DNA of 64,000 nucleotides from positions 148,287 through 212,286 of the forward strand of contig CAMDWI010000003.1 in NCBI GenBank assembly GCA_945878555.1. The letters are read 5' to 3'. Positions within the stretch are counted from its first letter, which is position 1. Every line of letters starts with the position of its first letter. This stretch comes from Klebsiella pneumoniae (GTDB lineage Bacteria; Pseudomonadota; Gammaproteobacteria; Eutrophobiales; Eutrophobiaceae). The notes below the pieces were generated by a model. It was not told where the DNA came from, ran no database searches, and saw nothing but the letters and a program-made list of their open reading frames with translations. This document shows, piece by piece, positions 50,610-60,998 of the stretch. The position numbers and the translations under genes were made by a program.

Positions 50610-50650
50610 TTGATCTGGCTCAAGTTATTTCGTAGACCTCAAACTATACT
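50610..50650 (+). promoter_or_regulatory. Putative FNR/CRP-family class II promoter of the PEP-CTERM gene
   Basis: TTGAT-CTGG-CTCAA (9/10 to TTGAT-N4-ATCAA) and -10 TATACT at 50645-50650. Confidence 0.4.
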
Positions 50651-50680
50651 GAAACTGGTCTTATACATTGCTATCAGGAG

Positions 50681-51349
50681 GTGTCTGTGAACAGAGTTAA
50701 ACCTTGCCACCGCGAATCTTTCGGAGTTGCAGCACGATTAGCAGGCTCTATTACGGCTGCCTTATGGATTGCATGCACGATGTGGGCTGGAACGGCCAAT
50801 GCGACGCTGATCGGCGATACCGTAACAGTAGGTCACGAAGGACCGATGATGGGTGCGACGCTGCCAGCTTCCTACCCCGTAGTAGCGGGCACTTCAGATA
50901 TCTATACTTTTTATTGGTCCTATCCCTATGCATACCAGGTAAATGTTGAAGCGGACAGTATCTATGTCACCTTTGATTACCTCCCCGGATCGGGAACGTG
51001 GGCGGCAGACACGATAGAGTGCACGGAAGTCTGGCCATTTGAGTGTGGTCCGGTACCCTTGAGTTTTAACGGTCTGGTCGTCTCTGGACTGAATGACAGC
51101 AGCGGTAATGTGCTGCAAAACGTTGTGGTCAGTAGCAATATGGTCGGATGGGATTCGTCCAGACTTGCTTTCGGCAATGATTATGTAATGTTCGACTGGA
51201 AGGGTCTGTCTTTCGACCCAAGCATATATCTGACCGCGACCCTGGACTTTGGTTCGGCTTCTGTACCGGAACCCGGCTCCCTGGGGTTGATGCTTGCAGG
51301 CATTTCGATGCTGGGATTTGTGCCTCGCCGCAGGAAGCTGAACGCATAG
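50681..51349 (+). CDS. PEP-CTERM sorting domain protein
   Basis: Signal peptide ending ANA, C-terminal VPEPGSLGLMLAG-TM-RRRK; start uncertain. Confidence 0.88.
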   Translation: MSVNRVKPCHRESFGVAARLAGSITAALWIACTMWAGTANATLIGDTVTVGHEGPMMGATLPASYPVVAGTSDIYTFYWSYPYAYQVNVEADSIYVTFDYLPGSGTWAADTIECTEVWPFECGPVPLSFNGLVVSGLNDSSGNVLQNVVVSSNMVGWDSSRLAFGNDYVMFDWKGLSFDPSIYLTATLDFGSASVPEPGSLGLMLAGISMLGFVPRRRKLNA

Positions 51350-51437
51350 TCGAGCACGGTACGCGTTACTGTCCGGGAATTATAAACGCCCCAGGTTCAA
51401 GCTAACGGTTAACGTCCGCTAAAAAATTCATGTCTCA

Positions 51438-51468
51438 ATAAAACTGCTGAGCGAATCAGCAGTTTTAT
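51438..51468 (+). terminator. Hairpin/terminator after the PEP-CTERM gene
   Basis: ATAAAACTGCTGA-GCGAA-TCAGCAGTTTTAT. Confidence 0.65.
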
Positions 51469-51483
51469 CTTTATCATGAGAGC

Positions 51484-52698
51484 ATGACAAAGACTGTAGC
51501 AATCATCGGCGGCGGACCCGCAGGCCTAATGGCGGCCGAAGTCATCAGTGCACAAGGCATACACGTAGACGTATACGACGCCATGCCGTCTGTCGGTCGT
51601 AAATTCCTGATGGCGGGCAAGAGCGGGCTGAACCTCACCCACGCCGAACCGTTCGACATTTTCGTCACACGTTATGGCAAGCGTCGTGCACAAATCGAAC
51701 CGTTGTTACAGACATTCGGTGCTGAACAACTACTGGCCTGGGTACATGGCCTGGGTGTGCAAACCTTTGTCGGAACCTCTAACCGCGTCTTCCCTGTGGA
51801 GATGAAGGCGAGCCCGCTGCTGCGGGCATGGATGCAACGATTAAACGCCGCAGGTGTAACCTTGCACTTGCGGCACAAACTGACAGCGATACACCCTGAC
51901 AGGTCCCTGCACTTCCACACACCTGATGGTGATCGCACGGTGCGTGCAGATGCTGATGTGCTTGCACTCGGTGGTGGCACCTGGTCCAGACTCGGCTCGG
52001 ACGGCGCCTGGGTCGAATGGTTGCAGCAGGTCGGGGTCCAGATCGATCCGTTGCGTCCGGCCAATTGCGGGTTCGAGGTCAACTGGAGTCCGGTCTTTAT
52101 AGAAAAGTATGAAGGGCATCCCGTCAAGTCTGTGATTCTCTCGGCCGGTGAATTTTGTCAGCAGGGCGAATTTATCATCACCAAAGAAGGCGTGGAGGGG
52201 AGTCTCGTTTATGCGGCCTCTGCCATCCTGCGAGACGAGATTGCAGCCCACGGCAGCACCGTGATGCATCTCGATCTTGCCCCCGATAAAACCGAAGATC
52301 AGCTAAGAGAAAAATTATCAAGGCCGCGCGGCTCGCGTTCGATGTCGAATCATCTGGAAAAGACCGTGGGTATCAAGGGCGTCAAGGCAGGGCTGTTACG
52401 CGAGTTTGTCCCCAAAGCGGAATTTACAGAATCACTGCTGGCTTCCTATATCAAAAATACACCGGTGACGTTGACCGCAACCCGCCCACTGGACAAGGCA
52501 ATCAGCTCTGCTGGCGGCGTCTCCTTCGATTCACTGGATGAGCATCTGATGTTAAAGAACCTGCCTGGCGTTTTCTGCGCTGGCGAAATGCTTGATTGGG
52601 AAGCGCCTACCGGCGGTTATTTACTCACGGCCTGTTTCTCAAGTGGGCATGCAGTCGGAAGAGGCGTTGTGCAATGGCTTGACAGTATTAATCGATAG
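51484..52698 (+). CDS. HI0933/BaiN-like flavoprotein (TIGR03862 type)
   Basis: GGGPAG, GRKFLMAG..GLNLTH, SSAGGV, GEMLDWEAPTGGYLL. Confidence 0.9.
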   Translation: MTKTVAIIGGGPAGLMAAEVISAQGIHVDVYDAMPSVGRKFLMAGKSGLNLTHAEPFDIFVTRYGKRRAQIEPLLQTFGAEQLLAWVHGLGVQTFVGTSNRVFPVEMKASPLLRAWMQRLNAAGVTLHLRHKLTAIHPDRSLHFHTPDGDRTVRADADVLALGGGTWSRLGSDGAWVEWLQQVGVQIDPLRPANCGFEVNWSPVFIEKYEGHPVKSVILSAGEFCQQGEFIITKEGVEGSLVYAASAILRDEIAAHGSTVMHLDLAPDKTEDQLREKLSRPRGSRSMSNHLEKTVGIKGVKAGLLREFVPKAEFTESLLASYIKNTPVTLTATRPLDKAISSAGGVSFDSLDEHLMLKNLPGVFCAGEMLDWEAPTGGYLLTACFSSGHAVGRGVVQWLDSINR

Positions 52699-52727
52699 CA
52701 CTATCGTAATACGATATTACTATCGAT
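52679..52727 (+). promoter_or_regulatory. Sigma70 promoter and palindromic operator of the TA operon
   Basis: TTGACA-N17-TATCGT overlapped by ATCGATAG...CTATCGAT with inner GTAATA-CGA-TATTAC. Confidence 0.65.
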
Positions 52728-52739
52728 GGAGTGTGTCCC

Positions 52740-52946
52740 ATGACCACCGTAACCGTTTCGCCAAAATTCCAGGTCGTTATCCCTAAAGAGATACGTGAGT
52801 CAATGGGGTTGGTTTCCGGTCAAAAAATCCAGATCATAACTTACCAGAATCGAATCGAACTCATCCCGATAAAGCCCATGAAGAAAATGAGAGGTTTTCT
52901 AAAGGGTATCAAGACTGACGTTGTCAGAGACAATGACAGGGCATGA
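52740..52946 (+). CDS. AbrB/MazE-fold antitoxin (VapB-type)
   Basis: SPKFQVVIPKEIRE..GL..G; ATGA overlap with PIN toxin. Confidence 0.9.
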   Translation: MTTVTVSPKFQVVIPKEIRESMGLVSGQKIQIITYQNRIELIPIKPMKKMRGFLKGIKTDVVRDNDRA

Positions 52947-53314
52947 ATGTTATCGACTCTTCAGCTTGGTTGTCGTATTTTGCGGGGGACAAAAACTCTG
53001 ACTATTTTGCAAAACCGATTGAAAAAATAGACGAACTTCTGGTTCCCAGTATTACCATCACTGAAGTATTTAAAAATATTCTGCGCCAGAGAGGGGAAGA
53101 ATCAGCTCTTCTGGCGGTAGCACATATGGAACAGGGTAAGGTAGTGTCTCTTGACAGAGAGCTGTCTGTAAATGCTGCCTATTTTGGTATTGAACATGGC
53201 CTGCCTTTGGCAGACAGCATTGTTTATGCCACAGCGCAGAAATTCAACGCGATCTTGTGGACTCAGGATTCTGATTTCAAAGGTTTGAAGGATGTTAAAT
53301 TCTACCCGAAATAA
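52943..53314 (+). CDS. vapC: PIN-domain toxin (VapC family)
   Basis: VIDSSAW, ITEV, LADSI, LWTQDSDF acidic PIN residues. Confidence 0.9.
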   Translation: MNVIDSSAWLSYFAGDKNSDYFAKPIEKIDELLVPSITITEVFKNILRQRGEESALLAVAHMEQGKVVSLDRELSVNAAYFGIEHGLPLADSIVYATAQKFNAILWTQDSDFKGLKDVKFYPK

Positions 53315-53316
53315 AA

Positions 53317-53392
53317 TGGTGGCCAGGGACGGAATTGAACCGCCGACACGGGGATTTTCAGTCCCCTGCTCTACCAACTGAGCTACCTGGCC
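53317..53392 (-). tRNA. tRNA-Phe (GAA)
   Basis: GGCCAGGTAGCTCAGTTGGTAGAGC-AGGGGA-CTGAAAA-TCCCC...GGTTCAATTCC...CCTGGCCACCA; 76 nt. Confidence 0.96.
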
Positions 53393-53485
53393 CTGGTGTA
53401 CTACTTGTCCGGATCTGGGATGACCCGGGGGTTTGCAAAACGAAGCGCGTATTAAACAGAGCAAAACCCGGTTCGTCAAGCCAGC

Positions 53486-53758
53486 TTACTTGTCCGGGGC
53501 GATAAATTCCTTCGGTTTTTCCGATCCGTCGCCAAAAAAGTACTTTTCCATCTCGGTTTCGAGAAATTGACGGGCTTTTGGCTCGATCGGGGTCAGGCGG
53601 TACTCGTTTATCAACATAGTCTGGTGTCCCAGCCACATCTTCCATGCCTCCTTCGAGACATTCAGATAGATACGTTTGCCGAGTTCGCCCGGATACGGTG
53701 GTGCATGCAGGCCTTCGGCCTCACGTCCCAGCTTTACGCAATTGACCATGTATGTCAT
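53486..53758 (-). CDS. yggX: Fe(II)-trafficking / oxidative damage protection protein YggX
   Basis: [32 protein letters not shown]; follows mutY. Confidence 0.95.
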   Translation of the reverse strand: MTYMVNCVKLGREAEGLHAPPYPGELGKRIYLNVSKEAWKMWLGHQTMLINEYRLTPIEPKARQFLETEMEKYFFGDGSEKPKEFIAPDK

Positions 53759-54816
53759 TCATCTGCTCCGGCAGTGTGTACGAATAATGTGGACAGCAGC
53801 TTTGAGATCGGGGCGGCCATGCCGAGTCTGGTCTGGCCGTCGGGCCGATACCAGCAGGTGTCCTCGTCCCTGACCGCGACGTCATTTGCACGTAATTTTG
53901 CCCGGTAAGGCTGGATATCGAGGTGAAAATGACTGAATGTATGTCGCAGTGGTTGCAGCTTTGTCAGTGCGGTTACTTTACTACCGAATCGTCTATTTAG
54001 CCATTCCGGAAGTGATTCGTCTGGCGGGCATTCCGGCAGGCTCCACAGGCCACCCCAGATGCCCGCAGGCGGTCTTCTCTGTAACAGGACCTCGCCACGT
54101 TTATTCTCGATGATCGCCAGCACGGTCTGTCTGACCGGCAGCTGTTTTGATTTTTTGCGGGTCGGCAGTTCCGATTGTTGCTCATGGATACGCGCATAAC
54201 AATGGGTTGCCAATGGACAACGCTCACACAAGGGCTTGCTGCGGGTACAAACCGTTGCGCCGAGATCCATAATCGCCTGGGTGTAGTCGGCAATATGGCG
54301 CCTTGGGGTTTCCTGTGCCGCGATGTCCCACAGTCTGTCTTCAACAGATTTGTCGCCGGGCCAGCCTTCTACGCCGTGATAACGGGTCAGCACCCGTTTG
54401 ACATTACCATCGAGTATCGGGTGGACCTGTTGCAGACCGAGCGCGAGCACGGCCCCGGCGGTCGAGCGTCCGATACCCGGCAAGCTCATCAGCTTGTCGA
54501 TCTCATCCGGAAAGACACCACCAAAGTCTGACATAACCAGACAGGCGGCCTTGTGCAGGTTCCGACCGCGCGCGTAGTAACCGAGACCGGACCACAGATG
54601 CAAGACCTCATCGACCGGCGCGGCAGCCAGCGTCGCGATATCGGGGAAGCGCTGCATGAAGCGTTTATAATAGGGGATGACCGTCTTGACCTGCGTCTGC
54701 TGCAACATGATCTCGGACACCCACACGCGATACGGTTCCTTGTCCTGTTGCCAGGGCAGGTCATGACGTCCGGAATGACGAAACCATTTCAGTAAATCAG
54801 GGGCGAGGCGTTTCAA
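53755..54816 (-). CDS. mutY: A/G-specific adenine glycosylase
   Basis: [28 protein letters not shown], Fe-S Cys cluster, HTFSHF. Confidence 0.96.
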   Translation of the reverse strand: MKRLAPDLLKWFRHSGRHDLPWQQDKEPYRVWVSEIMLQQTQVKTVIPYYKRFMQRFPDIATLAAAPVDEVLHLWSGLGYYARGRNLHKAACLVMSDFGGVFPDEIDKLMSLPGIGRSTAGAVLALGLQQVHPILDGNVKRVLTRYHGVEGWPGDKSVEDRLWDIAAQETPRRHIADYTQAIMDLGATVCTRSKPLCERCPLATHCYARIHEQQSELPTRKKSKQLPVRQTVLAIIENKRGEVLLQRRPPAGIWGGLWSLPECPPDESLPEWLNRRFGSKVTALTKLQPLRHTFSHFHLDIQPYRAKLRANDVAVRDEDTCWYRPDGQTRLGMAAPISKLLSTLFVHTAGADE

Positions 54817-55375
54817 GGGCGGCTATATCTTCTATGTTTTGTATCGACTGTCTGGCCGCGTCCAGCATCATCCGCTTGATGAATAACGGTCCGATCAATG
54901 GTGGTATCCAGAAGGCCGGTTTGAATCGGGTGTTAAAAGAAACCAGCGTATGAGTAGCGTCAACACTTGAAACCTGCCAGATGGCCTCGCCGTAGACAAA
55001 GTCACTTTCTTCGGGGATGAATACCGATTTGATAATCCCGCTTTCCTGTTCCCACAGATCCTCAATCAGGATCGCATCAAAGCAGAACCCCAGTACGCAG
55101 GATTTTGTGACCATGCGTCTGCGCACCACGGTGTTGCCGTTCGCATCCGTATAATTTATCAGGCCTGCCTCGATGATCAAATCACTCACCCGCGACAGTT
55201 GTTTGTAGTCAGTCGCGATCGCGTAGACCTTATCACTGGCGCCATTGATCTTGACCGCGATGTCGACACTGTAGTCTCCGTCACGATATGTCACGTTCGC
55301 ATGCTGCACCTCTCCCGCCTGCGCAGTAAGGGACGCCAGTAGCAGCAGTCCGGTAGTGAGCAGACGGGACATCAA
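54797..55375 (-). CDS. Exported SRPBCC/START-like protein
   Basis: Signal peptide, TDY..L, CVLGFC, P.FWIPPLIGP. Confidence 0.55.
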   Translation of the reverse strand: MMSRLLTTGLLLLASLTAQAGEVQHANVTYRDGDYSVDIAVKINGASDKVYAIATDYKQLSRVSDLIIEAGLINYTDANGNTVVRRRMVTKSCVLGFCFDAILIEDLWEQESGIIKSVFIPEESDFVYGEAIWQVSSVDATHTLVSFNTRFKPAFWIPPLIGPLFIKRMMLDAARQSIQNIEDIAALETPRP

Positions 55376-55381
55376 TCAGGC

Positions 55382-58300
55382 CTAGCGCTTGAAGATACTC
55401 TCCAGCGCCTTGTTCAGTAACAGCTCCCTTGGGTCAGCGGGCGGTGCTTCCTGCGGCTGTTCCTGTGGTTGTTCTGCAGGGGCAGCGGCAGGATCCAGTG
55501 AGGGCGCCTGTGAGGAGTCTGTCGTTGGCTCGGCAGGCGCAGGTTCGCTTGCCGGTTGTTGCTGCTGTTGTGCAGGCAGACCTATCGCCCGTTGCAGTAC
55601 ATCACCGAGCTTTTTCTCCACGGCCTTCTGTACAGCAAATTTAATAATCTCACCGGCATCGGGCACACATTTCGGGCTGTTAATCAGGCCATTGCAGCGG
55701 ATGGGTACAGTGTAACCACCGATATTGTATCGTTCCGTGCCCTGGGTGACGCTGCTGGCATCGGCCGAGGCGATCAGCGTGTAGTCGAGTGTATCGTTGA
55801 CGAGGTTGATTACCGTGCCTTTACCTGCGACCTGCAGTCCCGGTGCCTTGATCATCAGGTCATTACTGGCCACCACACCATTGTTAATATCCAGCGTGCT
55901 GGTGAACGTATCAAAGGGAGTCTCCACACCACGGTCAATATCCATCGGGCGTTTGCTTTCGATCATGATCTCGACCTGTTCAAGCACCTTGGCCACATCG
56001 ACGCCGCGCAAAATGCCTTCTTCCAGCGCGATCTTGCCATTACCGCTGAGTGTACGTTTCAGCGCTGTGGTGTCGGCACCGGTGGCGGTGACTGACATTT
56101 CAATATTGCCGGTACCGCTGACATTGGCAGCGCCGGTAAAATCGGTCATCAACGGTTCGATCTTCACGCCTTGCAGGGTAGACTTGAAGCTGACGACGGG
56201 CAGTGCTGCGGTAGCATCAAGCCCGATATCTCCTGAATAGGTGCCCTCGTACAGGTTTGCTGCAACTGGTGCCAGATTGATCCGGCCGTCCTTTGCGTTC
56301 AGCGACAGGACGATGTCAGACATCTTTGCCTTCGAGATCACCAGCTGGCCAATCTTCAGGTCACCTTTCGCATTCAGCCCGCGCAGCGTTTCTATCGGTA
56401 ACTGTGCGGCAGCCCCGGCGGCGGTCTCCGGCGTGACCGGACGGTTTTGGCCATCAGGCGGGGGTGGAGGCAGATAGCGGTCGGCATTGATCTGATCGAT
56501 ATTGATCCCGAACTGTATGGCGGGATTTTCAAAGTCGGTCACGGAAAGGGTGCCGTTCAGGTTGGTGTCGTCCAGCACGAGTGCAAGCTTGCTGACGTTT
56601 ATCCGGTTGGCCGCGCCATCAAAGGTGGTCGCGAGCGATACCTTTTCGTAGACCTTCGCATCGGCAGTCACCGGCATCTCCTGGTTCAGTTGCTGCATGA
56701 ACTTGCGCAGGCTGAACTCGGTGATATTGACGTCACCATTAAACTCGGGAGACTGCAGGATATTGCTCGCATTGACCTTGCCGCTCATGTCGAGGCCAAG
56801 ACCGGACAGTTTGAAGTTTTCCAGTGCCAGTGTTTCCTTGTCCAGATTTACACGGGTATCTGCATTCAGGCCGAGATTGACCGGGGAGTTCGGGATCTTG
56901 TCGCCGGCCAGTACCACGTTCAGGTCCAGCGGGTTGACCTTCAGGTCAGCACGATTACCACTGACAGCGGCCTTCAGGTTGATCGATTGGGTGACCTCAC
57001 CAAGGTCGGCCTGATCCAGGGCTGCTAACAGTGCCTTCGGATTGTCTGCGGCGAGATCCAGCTGTCCATTGATGGACCCGCCGGACTTTTGCATGTCTGT
57101 GGCCGTCAGTGTGCCACCAAGCTTGACGCCAAGTGCATCAACTGTCAGCACCGGTACCTTGACGTTGCCGGTGCTCATGTCGGCATCAAAATTCGCATTC
57201 ATTACGAACGCCTTGTTCGGGACGCGTGCCAGCTTCGTTCCGTACTGCGTCAGTGCAGAGTCTGCCCCGCCCTGCACCTGTCCCAGTACCTGCATCAAGG
57301 TCGGCAGGTCCGGACCGGACGCATTCAGCGTACCGCGAACGGCCGGGGTGTCTGACTGGATATTGCTGGCCTTGATGTCGCCTGTGATACTGGCGCCGAG
57401 CAGATTGGCCTGCAGACCGGACACGTCCACATCGCCACGTTGCATGTCCGCATTAACGGCAGCGGAAAAATCGAATGAGCGATTGTTCAGCCGGGCGATC
57501 TGGCTGGCCAGCGGTTCGATCTCGGCGACTTTAAAGAGCAGGGCGAGGTCATTGCCGGCCAGTTTCAGGTTGGTATGGTAAGACGGTGTGGCGGACTGGA
57601 TATTGCTCGCATTGATAGTCCCGGTCAGATTGGTGCCGAGCGCGTCAAACTGCAGGTCGCTGATCGCGAGTGTCTCGTCAGCCATATTGATATTAATGGC
57701 AGTTTTCAGATTGATGTCAGCGCTACGATTAGGGATATTGGGTCCGGTCAGCGTGGTCACCAGCTCCAGTGGAGTGATCGCAAAGGTCTCGTTATCGAGG
57801 TCATAGACAACGGTACCGGCCAGTTTGACATCAGCCCCCAGCTCCGGTTTGTTTGCCTTTGCGTTCAGCGTCAGGTTGAACTGGATCGGCTCGCCGTATA
57901 CCAGCTCTCCGGTGCTCATCGCCATGTTGTTGATGTTGAAGAGTGTCCCGGTCGATTTGTCGTCGAAGGACAGGTTCGCATTCTGGATATCCACGCCACC
58001 GAGTATAACGGCAGCCAGCGGCAGGCCGGCGGAATTCCCGGTGTTGGCGGGCGCATCGCCTTTGGCCAGATCGGCCCAGTTGCTCACTCCATTCGCATTT
58101 TTGGCCAGATTTATCGTGGTACCGTGCAGTCGTACCGTATCGATCTCATACTGGTCGCGTAACAACGGCATCAACTTGACCCGCACCATCGCAAGGTCGG
58201 TGCGGAAAAATGGCTCCTCACCGAAGCCCGCTGCGTTCCCAATCGTGACATTGTTCAGCTCAAGTCCCAGCCACGGGTAATAGGTCAGCCGGATGTCACC

Positions 58301-58456
58301 GTCCAGTGTCAGTGTACGACCGGTCTCTGCCGTGAACTTGTCTGCAATCATGCCCTTGTAGGCATTCGGGTCCAGTGTGGAAATATAAATGACTATGGCA
58401 ACAAGGCTGATCAGAATCAGCCCGAATAATGCACCGACAATTTTTATTGCTTTCAT
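55382..58456 (-). CDS. asmA: AsmA family protein (unusually long)
   Basis: N-terminal TM, DPNAYK...TGRTL..DGDI..YPWLG, INADRYLP, ANLYEG; asmA-mutY synteny. Confidence 0.88.
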   Translation of the reverse strand: MKAIKIVGALFGLILISLVAIVIYISTLDPNAYKGMIADKFTAETGRTLTLDGDIRLTYYPWLGLELNNVTIGNAAGFGEEPFFRTDLAMVRVKLMPLLRDQYEIDTVRLHGTTINLAKNANGVSNWADLAKGDAPANTGNSAGLPLAAVILGGVDIQNANLSFDDKSTGTLFNINNMAMSTGELVYGEPIQFNLTLNAKANKPELGADVKLAGTVVYDLDNETFAITPLELVTTLTGPNIPNRSADINLKTAININMADETLAISDLQFDALGTNLTGTINASNIQSATPSYHTNLKLAGNDLALLFKVAEIEPLASQIARLNNRSFDFSAAVNADMQRGDVDVSGLQANLLGASITGDIKASNIQSDTPAVRGTLNASGPDLPTLMQVLGQVQGGADSALTQYGTKLARVPNKAFVMNANFDADMSTGNVKVPVLTVDALGVKLGGTLTATDMQKSGGSINGQLDLAADNPKALLAALDQADLGEVTQSINLKAAVSGNRADLKVNPLDLNVVLAGDKIPNSPVNLGLNADTRVNLDKETLALENFKLSGLGLDMSGKVNASNILQSPEFNGDVNITEFSLRKFMQQLNQEMPVTADAKVYEKVSLATTFDGAANRINVSKLALVLDDTNLNGTLSVTDFENPAIQFGINIDQINADRYLPPPPPDGQNRPVTPETAAGAAAQLPIETLRGLNAKGDLKIGQLVISKAKMSDIVLSLNAKDGRINLAPVAANLYEGTYSGDIGLDATAALPVVSFKSTLQGVKIEPLMTDFTGAANVSGTGNIEMSVTATGADTTALKRTLSGNGKIALEEGILRGVDVAKVLEQVEIMIESKRPMDIDRGVETPFDTFTSTLDINNGVVASNDLMIKAPGLQVAGKGTVINLVNDTLDYTLIASADASSVTQGTERYNIGGYTVPIRCNGLINSPKCVPDAGEIIKFAVQKAVEKKLGDVLQRAIGLPAQQQQQPASEPAPAEPTTDSSQAPSLDPAAAPAEQPQEQPQEAPPADPRELLLNKALESIFKR

Positions 58457-58458
58457 GA

Positions 58459-59874
58459 TTATTCCGCCTGTGTTGGTTTGGCTATCTCCAGATAATTATG
58501 TGCCTCCCGGACGGCCGTCTTGACCTGGCCGGGGGCGGTACCACCGATATGATCTCTGGCATTTACAGAGCCGATTGGTTCAAGAACAGTATAGATGTCT
58601 TCCTTTAGATTAGGGCAAAACCGGCCAAGTTCCTGCAGTGTCAACGCCGATAACTCCTTGCCTGCTGCAATTGCATAACTGACCGTCTGGCCGACGGCCT
58701 CGTGTGCATCGCGGAACGGCAGGCCGGTCTTGACCAGATAATCGGCAAGGTCTGTAGCCGTGGCGTAACCCTGGCGGGCGGCTTTCAGCATATTTTCGCG
58801 TTTGACGGTAATGGCCGGTATCAGGCCAGCATACACGGACAGGCAGGCCTCTACCGTGTCTATCGCATCAAACAGCGCAAGTTTGTCTTCCTGGTTGTCG
58901 CGGTTATAGGCCAGTGGCTGGCCTTTCATCAGCGTCAACAACGCAATCAGATCACCATAAACGCGTCCGGTCTTGCCGCGCACCAGCTCCGGGATGTCCG
59001 GGTTTTTCTTCTGCGGCATGATCGACGAGCCGGTGCAATAGGCATCATCCAGATCGATAAACCCGAACATCGGGTTCATCCACAGCACCAGTTCCTCGGA
59101 AAATCGCGACAGGTGCATCATGATGATGGAGGCTGTTGACGCAAACTCGATGGTAAAGTCGCGATCGCTGACCGCATCAAGTGAGTTTGCCGAAACGGTG
59201 TCAAATCCGAGCAGTTCGGCAGTGCAATAACGGTCTATCGGGAAATCGGTACCGGCCAGTGCGGCCGAACCGAGCGGCATCACATTGATACGTTTGCGGC
59301 AGTCGAGCAGGCGCTGGTCATCACGCTTCAGCATTTCAAACCAGGCCATCATGTGATGACCGAAGGTGACCGGCTGGGCGATCTGCATATGCGTCATGCC
59401 GGGCATAATCGTAGCGGTCTCGCGTTCGGCAAGTCCAATCAGTGCCTGCATGACGGTGTGCAGCAGCATACGAATGGTGTCGACCTGATCGCGCAGGTAC
59501 AGCCGCAGATCAGTGGCCACCTGGTCATTCCGTGAACGCCCGGTGTGCAGGCGCTTGCCCGGTTCGCCGATAGCCTCGACCAGCGCGGCCTCGATGTTCA
59601 TGTGCACGTCTTCCAGTTCCATTTTCCACTGGAACTGGCCGGTTTCAATCTGTTCAAGAATAGTGTTCAGGCCATTGATGATCCTGTTGCCGTCCTCCCC
59701 ACTGATAATGCCTGTTTTCACCAGCATACGGGTGTGGGCGATCGACCCGGTGATATCATGCCGGTAAAGACGGTAGTCAAAGGAGACCGATTCGGTGAAT
59801 TTTTCCACAGAACTGTCGGTAGCCTGGTGAAATCGACCACCCCATGGCTTTACTGTTGTATGCTTTGATGTCAT
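58459..59874 (-). CDS. argH: Argininosuccinate lyase
   Basis: [26 protein letters not shown]. Confidence 0.97.
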   Translation of the reverse strand: MTSKHTTVKPWGGRFHQATDSSVEKFTESVSFDYRLYRHDITGSIAHTRMLVKTGIISGEDGNRIINGLNTILEQIETGQFQWKMELEDVHMNIEAALVEAIGEPGKRLHTGRSRNDQVATDLRLYLRDQVDTIRMLLHTVMQALIGLAERETATIMPGMTHMQIAQPVTFGHHMMAWFEMLKRDDQRLLDCRKRINVMPLGSAALAGTDFPIDRYCTAELLGFDTVSANSLDAVSDRDFTIEFASTASIIMMHLSRFSEELVLWMNPMFGFIDLDDAYCTGSSIMPQKKNPDIPELVRGKTGRVYGDLIALLTLMKGQPLAYNRDNQEDKLALFDAIDTVEACLSVYAGLIPAITVKRENMLKAARQGYATATDLADYLVKTGLPFRDAHEAVGQTVSYAIAAGKELSALTLQELGRFCPNLKEDIYTVLEPIGSVNARDHIGGTAPGQVKTAVREAHNYLEIAKPTQAE

Positions 59875-59951
59875 TTTGTAGTTAACCGTGCTGTTGTTGA
59901 TTTTAATAGTATAACTCTAACATTATCGCAGGCTATCAGGCATTTGTTCAG

Positions 59952-60998
59952 ATGAGACAGGAAAGACAGAATTCGGCCACCTTTCTGCCCGACTTTTGCA
60001 ACGCCAGGACAGTGTTCGTTGTTATCCTGCTCGCGGAGTTGCTGGCGATAGTGCTTACGCTGGCACAACCATCCTATGTGGACAACCGGCTTTACAATCT
60101 GGCGATGTATTCGCTGTTTATCGAATGGGTCGCGCTCAGTTGTACGGCGGTGCTGTGTGTGAGTCGTCGCTGGTTACAACAGTTTAGTGATCACGGGGCC
60201 GCTACCATCAGTTATGTCACAACCTTGCTCGTTACGCTGGTAATCACCGAGCTGGCGTGGTGGGTGTTCAACCGGGAAACAGGTTACAACTTTTTTCGTC
60301 AGGGCCACACTGCCTTTCTGTTACCGATTCTCGGGATCAGCGCGATCGTGTGGGCGATGGCATTGCGCTATTTCTATGTACAGCACCAGTGGCGTATCCG
60401 GGTTGCCTCTGAGTCGGAGGCGCGTTTCCAGGCGCTGCAATCGCGGATCAAACCGCACTTTCTGTTCAATTGCATGAATACCATCGCCAGCCTGATCCGC
60501 CGTAACCCGGCGCTGGCGGAAGAAGTAGTAGAGGACCTGTCCGATCTGTTTCGTGCCAGCCTGCAGGACTCACAGCGGCCAAGTACGCTGGGAGACGAGA
60601 TTGCGCTGTGCAAGCGTTACTTGAGGATCGAACAACAACGACTGGGTCCGCGTCTGAACGCCGTCTGGCAGCTAGCTGAGCTGCCGCTGGATACCGCCCT
60701 GCCAGCACTGAGTATCCAGCCATTGCTCGAAAATGCGATTTACCACGGTATCGAGCCGTTACCCGAAGGCGGTACGATCACGATACTCGGTAGCCTGAGC
60801 GATGAAGGGATCCGGATCATCATCGAAAATCCACTGTCGCAGGCAGCGAGTAAATCACCCGCGCGAACCGGTAACCGGATTGCCCAGGACAATGTCCGCC
60901 AGCGTCTGGGATCGTTTTTCAGCCAGGAGGATCTGTTACAGGTCAGCCAGGATGAGCACAGCTACCGTGTTTCTGTCACGATACCGTTACAGCGATGA
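59952..60998 (+). CDS. AlgZ/FimS-like LytS-type sensor histidine kinase
   Basis: FLPDFC N-terminus, LQSRIKPHFLFN, QPLLENAIYHG; divergent from argH as in Pseudomonas. Confidence 0.9.
   Translation: MRQERQNSATFLPDFCNARTVFVVILLAELLAIVLTLAQPSYVDNRLYNLAMYSLFIEWVALSCTAVLCVSRRWLQQFSDHGAATISYVTTLLVTLVITELAWWVFNRETGYNFFRQGHTAFLLPILGISAIVWAMALRYFYVQHQWRIRVASESEARFQALQSRIKPHFLFNCMNTIASLIRRNPALAEEVVEDLSDLFRASLQDSQRPSTLGDEIALCKRYLRIEQQRLGPRLNAVWQLAELPLDTALPALSIQPLLENAIYHGIEPLPEGGTITILGSLSDEGIRIIIENPLSQAASKSPARTGNRIAQDNVRQRLGSFFSQEDLLQVSQDEHSYRVSVTIPLQR

Noticed and set aside
50656..50674. Sigma54 -24/-12 motif before the PEP-CTERM gene (TGG...TTGC)
   Set aside because: GG and GC are separated by 11 nt rather than the required 10
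51400..51420. GCTAAC/GTTAAC as an integron attC site
   Set aside because: Cores are adjacent with no extended imperfect palindrome, and no integrase or cassette array is present
27729..58280. Long antisense or alternative-frame ORFs (e.g. 27729-28541, 47149-47985, 49923-50555, several within asmA)
   Set aside because: Shadows of confident genes caused by codon bias; no independent motifs
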